Positions 61,148 to 64,000 of a stretch of DNA of 64,000 nucleotides are shown one piece after another. The notes under the pieces were generated by a model, which had not been told where the DNA came from, ran no database searches, and saw nothing but the letters and a program-made list of their open reading frames with translations. Numbering within the stretch: position 1 is the first letter of the stretch; each line of letters starts with the position of its first letter. A program made the position numbers and the translations under genes. Origin of the DNA: Promethearchaeota archaeon (GTDB lineage Archaea > Asgardarchaeota > Lokiarchaeia > Sigyniarchaeales > SOKP01). The stretch is taken from contig JAGXNO010000017.1 of the NCBI GenBank assembly GCA_019894975.1, forward strand, positions 1-64,000, given 5' to 3'.

Positions 61148-62719
61148 TTATTCATCTTGGATGTATGGTTTACCATAAAGTACAGATATCTCCGCTTTCT
61201 TTAACTCTCTCCCTAGATAATTTAAATGATAAATATCTCTTGTTAAATCCTGTTTAATAATGTTTTTACTTAGAGCTTCGGCGTCTTCTCCAATAAAAGT
61301 ATGAAGTAAGATTTCTTTGTTTGAATAAAAAAGAACATAAATCTTTTTCTCGATTAGATTTGTGTAAATTCTAAAATATCCTTTTTCATCGGAAATATAA
61401 TTTGTATTTAATTTGTCCACGACATCTGCATTATATTCTCCAAATGGGGGTACTTTTTGAATGATCTTACCTTTTGCTTTAAATAAGGATATTCCTTGAT
61501 TTATTGGAGGTGTTTTTTTGTATTTTGCTAAGTAATTTAGTTTTATACTATCTTTCAATTCTCTCACACCACCAAATAATTTAGGACTATGCTCAACAGT
61601 GAATAAAATCCCAATATCTATTTCTGTTGCGATGCTAGCTAAAAGACCATTTATTCCTACAGAATCTATATCCATAAGTTCAACAACGTTTGAAATCCCA
61701 AAGAATAGGGGGAGTTCCAATTTTTTATAACTTTCAAGAACAATTTGTTTTTTATAAAGAAAATATGTTTCTAAGGAATTACACATTCCTGGGCTGATGG
61801 GTGTTTCTAACAAGGGATCGGCAATTAATTTTTCAAATCCATTCTTCTGTAATTCTTTAGTTAATTTAAACAAGTTTTGTATTCGAATTTCGGGTTCTTT
61901 TGGAAAATACGCCTTCTTTAAGTTAGTTGGAAGAATTACGATGGGAATGTTTTTAGGGAGATTTAAGAAATCTTTATAGTTTCCTAAGTCTAAACTTAAA
62001 ATGAGATCAATATCCTCTTCTACTGCGGCATTAATTTCTTGTGAATCCATTGAATCTATACTTATTAAAACACGATATTCAGATCGAATTAATTTTATTA
62101 TTTCTTTTATTCTCTCTGGATTGGACTTATTAGAAACACACCCTATATCAATTATTTCTGCTCCAGATTCAATATAATGCCTCGTTTTTTGTAGAATTTT
62201 GGAATTATCTTTTTCTGTACAGTTAACAATTTCAGCTATTATAGGGGGAGGTAGATTTTTACCAATAATTAGATCTGATTTTTCTTCTCGAAGATAAAAG
62301 GTGTGATTACATATTTCATTTTTTGCTATTTCAATATGTTTCTTTAAAAGATTATAATACTCATTTTCTCCTGATTTTTCTATTAGCCTATTTGCTGGCA
62401 GTTTAGTTGATAATTCAATATTATTCATATGTTTCAGAATTTCAGGTAAATCAGAGGCAAATTCCGGACCTTTCCTAATTTTTATAGAAAACTGTGTTTC
62501 AAGTTTGGACGAATCCCATTGTACAAACCCAGGGAGTAAGATAAGATCATAATTAGAGATAATTGTTTTTTCTAGAATTTGAGACGTTATTCTTTCTGTT
62601 AAAAACGCGGATATCGTGATGGGTGCTTTTATAATCTTAAAATTGTGTTCTTTAATAGATTTAATTATTTTTTCGATTATCTGATAACTCGCTTGACCAG
62701 TTATAATTAGGATATTAAT
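61148..62719 (-). CDS. Archaeal dihydropteroate-synthase-like protein; probable ATT start 97 codons upstream of the track ATG
   Basis: IIAEI, GAEIIDIG, ISIDS, IADP, SNVVELMDIDS, YLGREL; upstream frame open as (I)NILIITGQASY...LILLPG...KGP. Confidence 0.8.
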   Translation of the reverse strand: MNILIITGQASYQIIEKIIKSIKEHNFKIIKAPITISAFLTERITSQILEKTIISNYDLILLPGFVQWDSSKLETQFSIKIRKGPEFASDLPEILKHMNNIELSTKLPANRLIEKSGENEYYNLLKKHIEIAKNEICNHTFYLREEKSDLIIGKNLPPPIIAEIVNCTEKDNSKILQKTRHYIESGAEIIDIGCVSNKSNPERIKEIIKLIRSEYRVLISIDSMDSQEINAAVEEDIDLILSLDLGNYKDFLNLPKNIPIVILPTNLKKAYFPKEPEIRIQNLFKLTKELQKNGFEKLIADPLLETPISPGMCNSLETYFLYKKQIVLESYKKLELPLFFGISNVVELMDIDSVGINGLLASIATEIDIGILFTVEHSPKLFGGVRELKDSIKLNYLAKYKKTPPINQGISLFKAKGKIIQKVPPFGEYNADVVDKLNTNYISDEKGYFRIYTNLIEKKIYVLFYSNKEILLHTFIGEDAEALSKNIIKQDLTRDIYHLNYLGRELKKAEISVLYGKPYIQDE

Positions 62720-63803
62720 CTAAATCACGTAGTATCTTTTCTTTTTCAAATGGAATAAATATATCATCTAAGATGGATCCAGAAGCATTTTTGAGTTGCA
62801 TATTCGTAATAATTGGTTCAAATTCACCTCCAAGAATTCCATTGGCTATAAAGGCAGCACCTTGAGCAGCTCGTTTTGCGATTTGACTGTAAGATTTCAT
62901 TAATTTTACAGGCGCAACATCACTTAAACCATTTATCATTTTTTCTTTTAAATATGTTAAATTCGCTCCCCTTCCTGCTAATAATATTTCTGTAATTTGA
63001 TTTTTATGAGAAAAGGATGAAGATATTCCGAAAACTGCTTTTTTAACGCTTGAAAGATACGCTTTAAGGGCCATTTTGGTCTGTTCATCTTTTTCAGCTA
63101 GAAGTGTTATTTCCTTTAAGCTCAAATCGGAATAACCTGAGATGTATGCGACTCCTCCCTTGTATATATTTCTTTTATGAATAGTTCCAATAAGATATGC
63201 TAGTTCTCCATCAAGAGAACCACTTGCTCTGAATCCAAGTATATTGGAACCTCCAATACCATCAATAATTTGACCATTTTCGATTGCCAATACTGCTGTA
63301 AAACCATAACCAATTTCAACCAAAATAAAGTTTGTCTTCTCGGGAGTGATGTCTAACCTTTCCATTTGATCTCTAATTCCCGTGACTGTGGTGCATACTT
63401 TATCAGCAGTACCCATATCAATTTTATTGATTTTTCGATATCGAGGAACTGTGGGAAGATGTTTTACTCCTGGAACAATAATGCCAGGTATCTGTTGAGC
63501 CTTAATTAAACGTAATACGTTTCCGAGACCAAGTACCTGATTTTTTTCTTTTTGCTTGAATTTTAATAAAGTAAAGAAAATATCTTGTTCAGTTAAATCA
63601 TTTATATTTTTCAAGGGAAGTCCAAACCCAGAGGGAGCTACCATCATATTTATATTTTTAACAGAATTAATGATATCTATTGCTTTTTGAGGGTCATTAA
63701 TCAAATCTTTAGTAGGTAATGAAGTATCTAGGATAGTTTTATTGTTTCTTTGCGCGAAGAAGTCCCATGATAAACTACCAGGATCTATACCGAGAGCAAT
63801 CAT
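62715..63803 (-). CDS. DUF1464-like ASKHA (acetate/butyrate kinase fold) protein
   Basis: GIDPG, APSGFG, RKINKIDMGTADK, IIDGIGG, AAQGAA. Confidence 0.8.
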   Translation of the reverse strand: MIALGIDPGSLSWDFFAQRNNKTILDTSLPTKDLINDPQKAIDIINSVKNINMMVAPSGFGLPLKNINDLTEQDIFFTLLKFKQKEKNQVLGLGNVLRLIKAQQIPGIIVPGVKHLPTVPRYRKINKIDMGTADKVCTTVTGIRDQMERLDITPEKTNFILVEIGYGFTAVLAIENGQIIDGIGGSNILGFRASGSLDGELAYLIGTIHKRNIYKGGVAYISGYSDLSLKEITLLAEKDEQTKMALKAYLSSVKKAVFGISSSFSHKNQITEILLAGRGANLTYLKEKMINGLSDVAPVKLMKSYSQIAKRAAQGAAFIANGILGGEFEPIITNMQLKNASGSILDDIFIPFEKEKILRDLD

Positions 63804-63925
63804 TTTTACAAATGAAGTTAAAACTATAAAAATTGTAAAAATTTCTATTAATTTAATCTATATTTAAGATTTCATTATAATATAAAAACATTTCAAGAAT
63901 AAGTATAAAAAAAGGGTGATTGAAG

Positions 63926-64000
63926 ATTACTGTAAAAGTATATGTGTGTAAAATATGTGGAGAGGCTTATATTGGAACGGAAGCACCAAGTCGTTGTCCA
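63926..64000 (+). CDS. Partial gene starting with a rubredoxin-like domain (runs off window)
   Basis: (M)TVKVYVCKICGEAYIGTEAPSRCP; start ATT 63926 or TTG 63920. Confidence 0.75.
   Translation, partial: MTVKVYVCKICGEAYIGTEAPSRCP

Noticed and set aside
915-61979. Short antisense or nested ORFs in the track (e.g. 915, 1590, 9933, 19956, 21849, 22429, 34886, 39332, 40175, 54786, 61797)
   Set aside because: They overlap well-supported genes and have no motifs; shadow ORFs

Overview
Very AT-rich, gene-dense archaeal DNA, most likely an Asgard archaeon of the Lokiarchaeia type. This is inferred from the archaeal AlaRS, DtdA, MptA, ArfC and CofG/H, the GGTGA ribosome-binding sites, an Arf/Rag-like small GTPase and a ubiquitin-like cascade. 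I found no rRNA, tRNA, CRISPR array or transposase. Layout: 0-15 kb thiol/Fe-S redox genes; 14.8-18.6 kb signalling operon; 18.8-23.7 kb four Cys-bearing Lrp/AsnC paralogues around a decayed MFS gene; 24-45 kb mixed housekeeping (dtdA, alaS, ftsZ, CSD-DEAD helicase, EndoQ-like); 45.7-53.6 kb Ubl conjugation locus; 53.6-64 kb pterin/flavin/F420 cofactor genes. Two candidate undescribed systems stand out. (1) A complete membrane-linked conjugation locus: three paralogues of a single-Gly, UFM1-like modifier family, a Uba2/Uba3-type E1, an HPN-type E2, a JAMM protease and a multipass RING-like E3. Next to it is a long coiled-coil protein whose head and tail share a KTP motif with the modifiers' N-terminal extensions. 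(2) An ArsR - small GTPase - MASE3 histidine kinase - response regulator operon whose regulator output domain resembles a uDENN/longin fold, suggesting two-component control of a eukaryote-like GTPase. Three genes also appear to start at ATT. All family calls come from motif recognition by eye; no searches were run.
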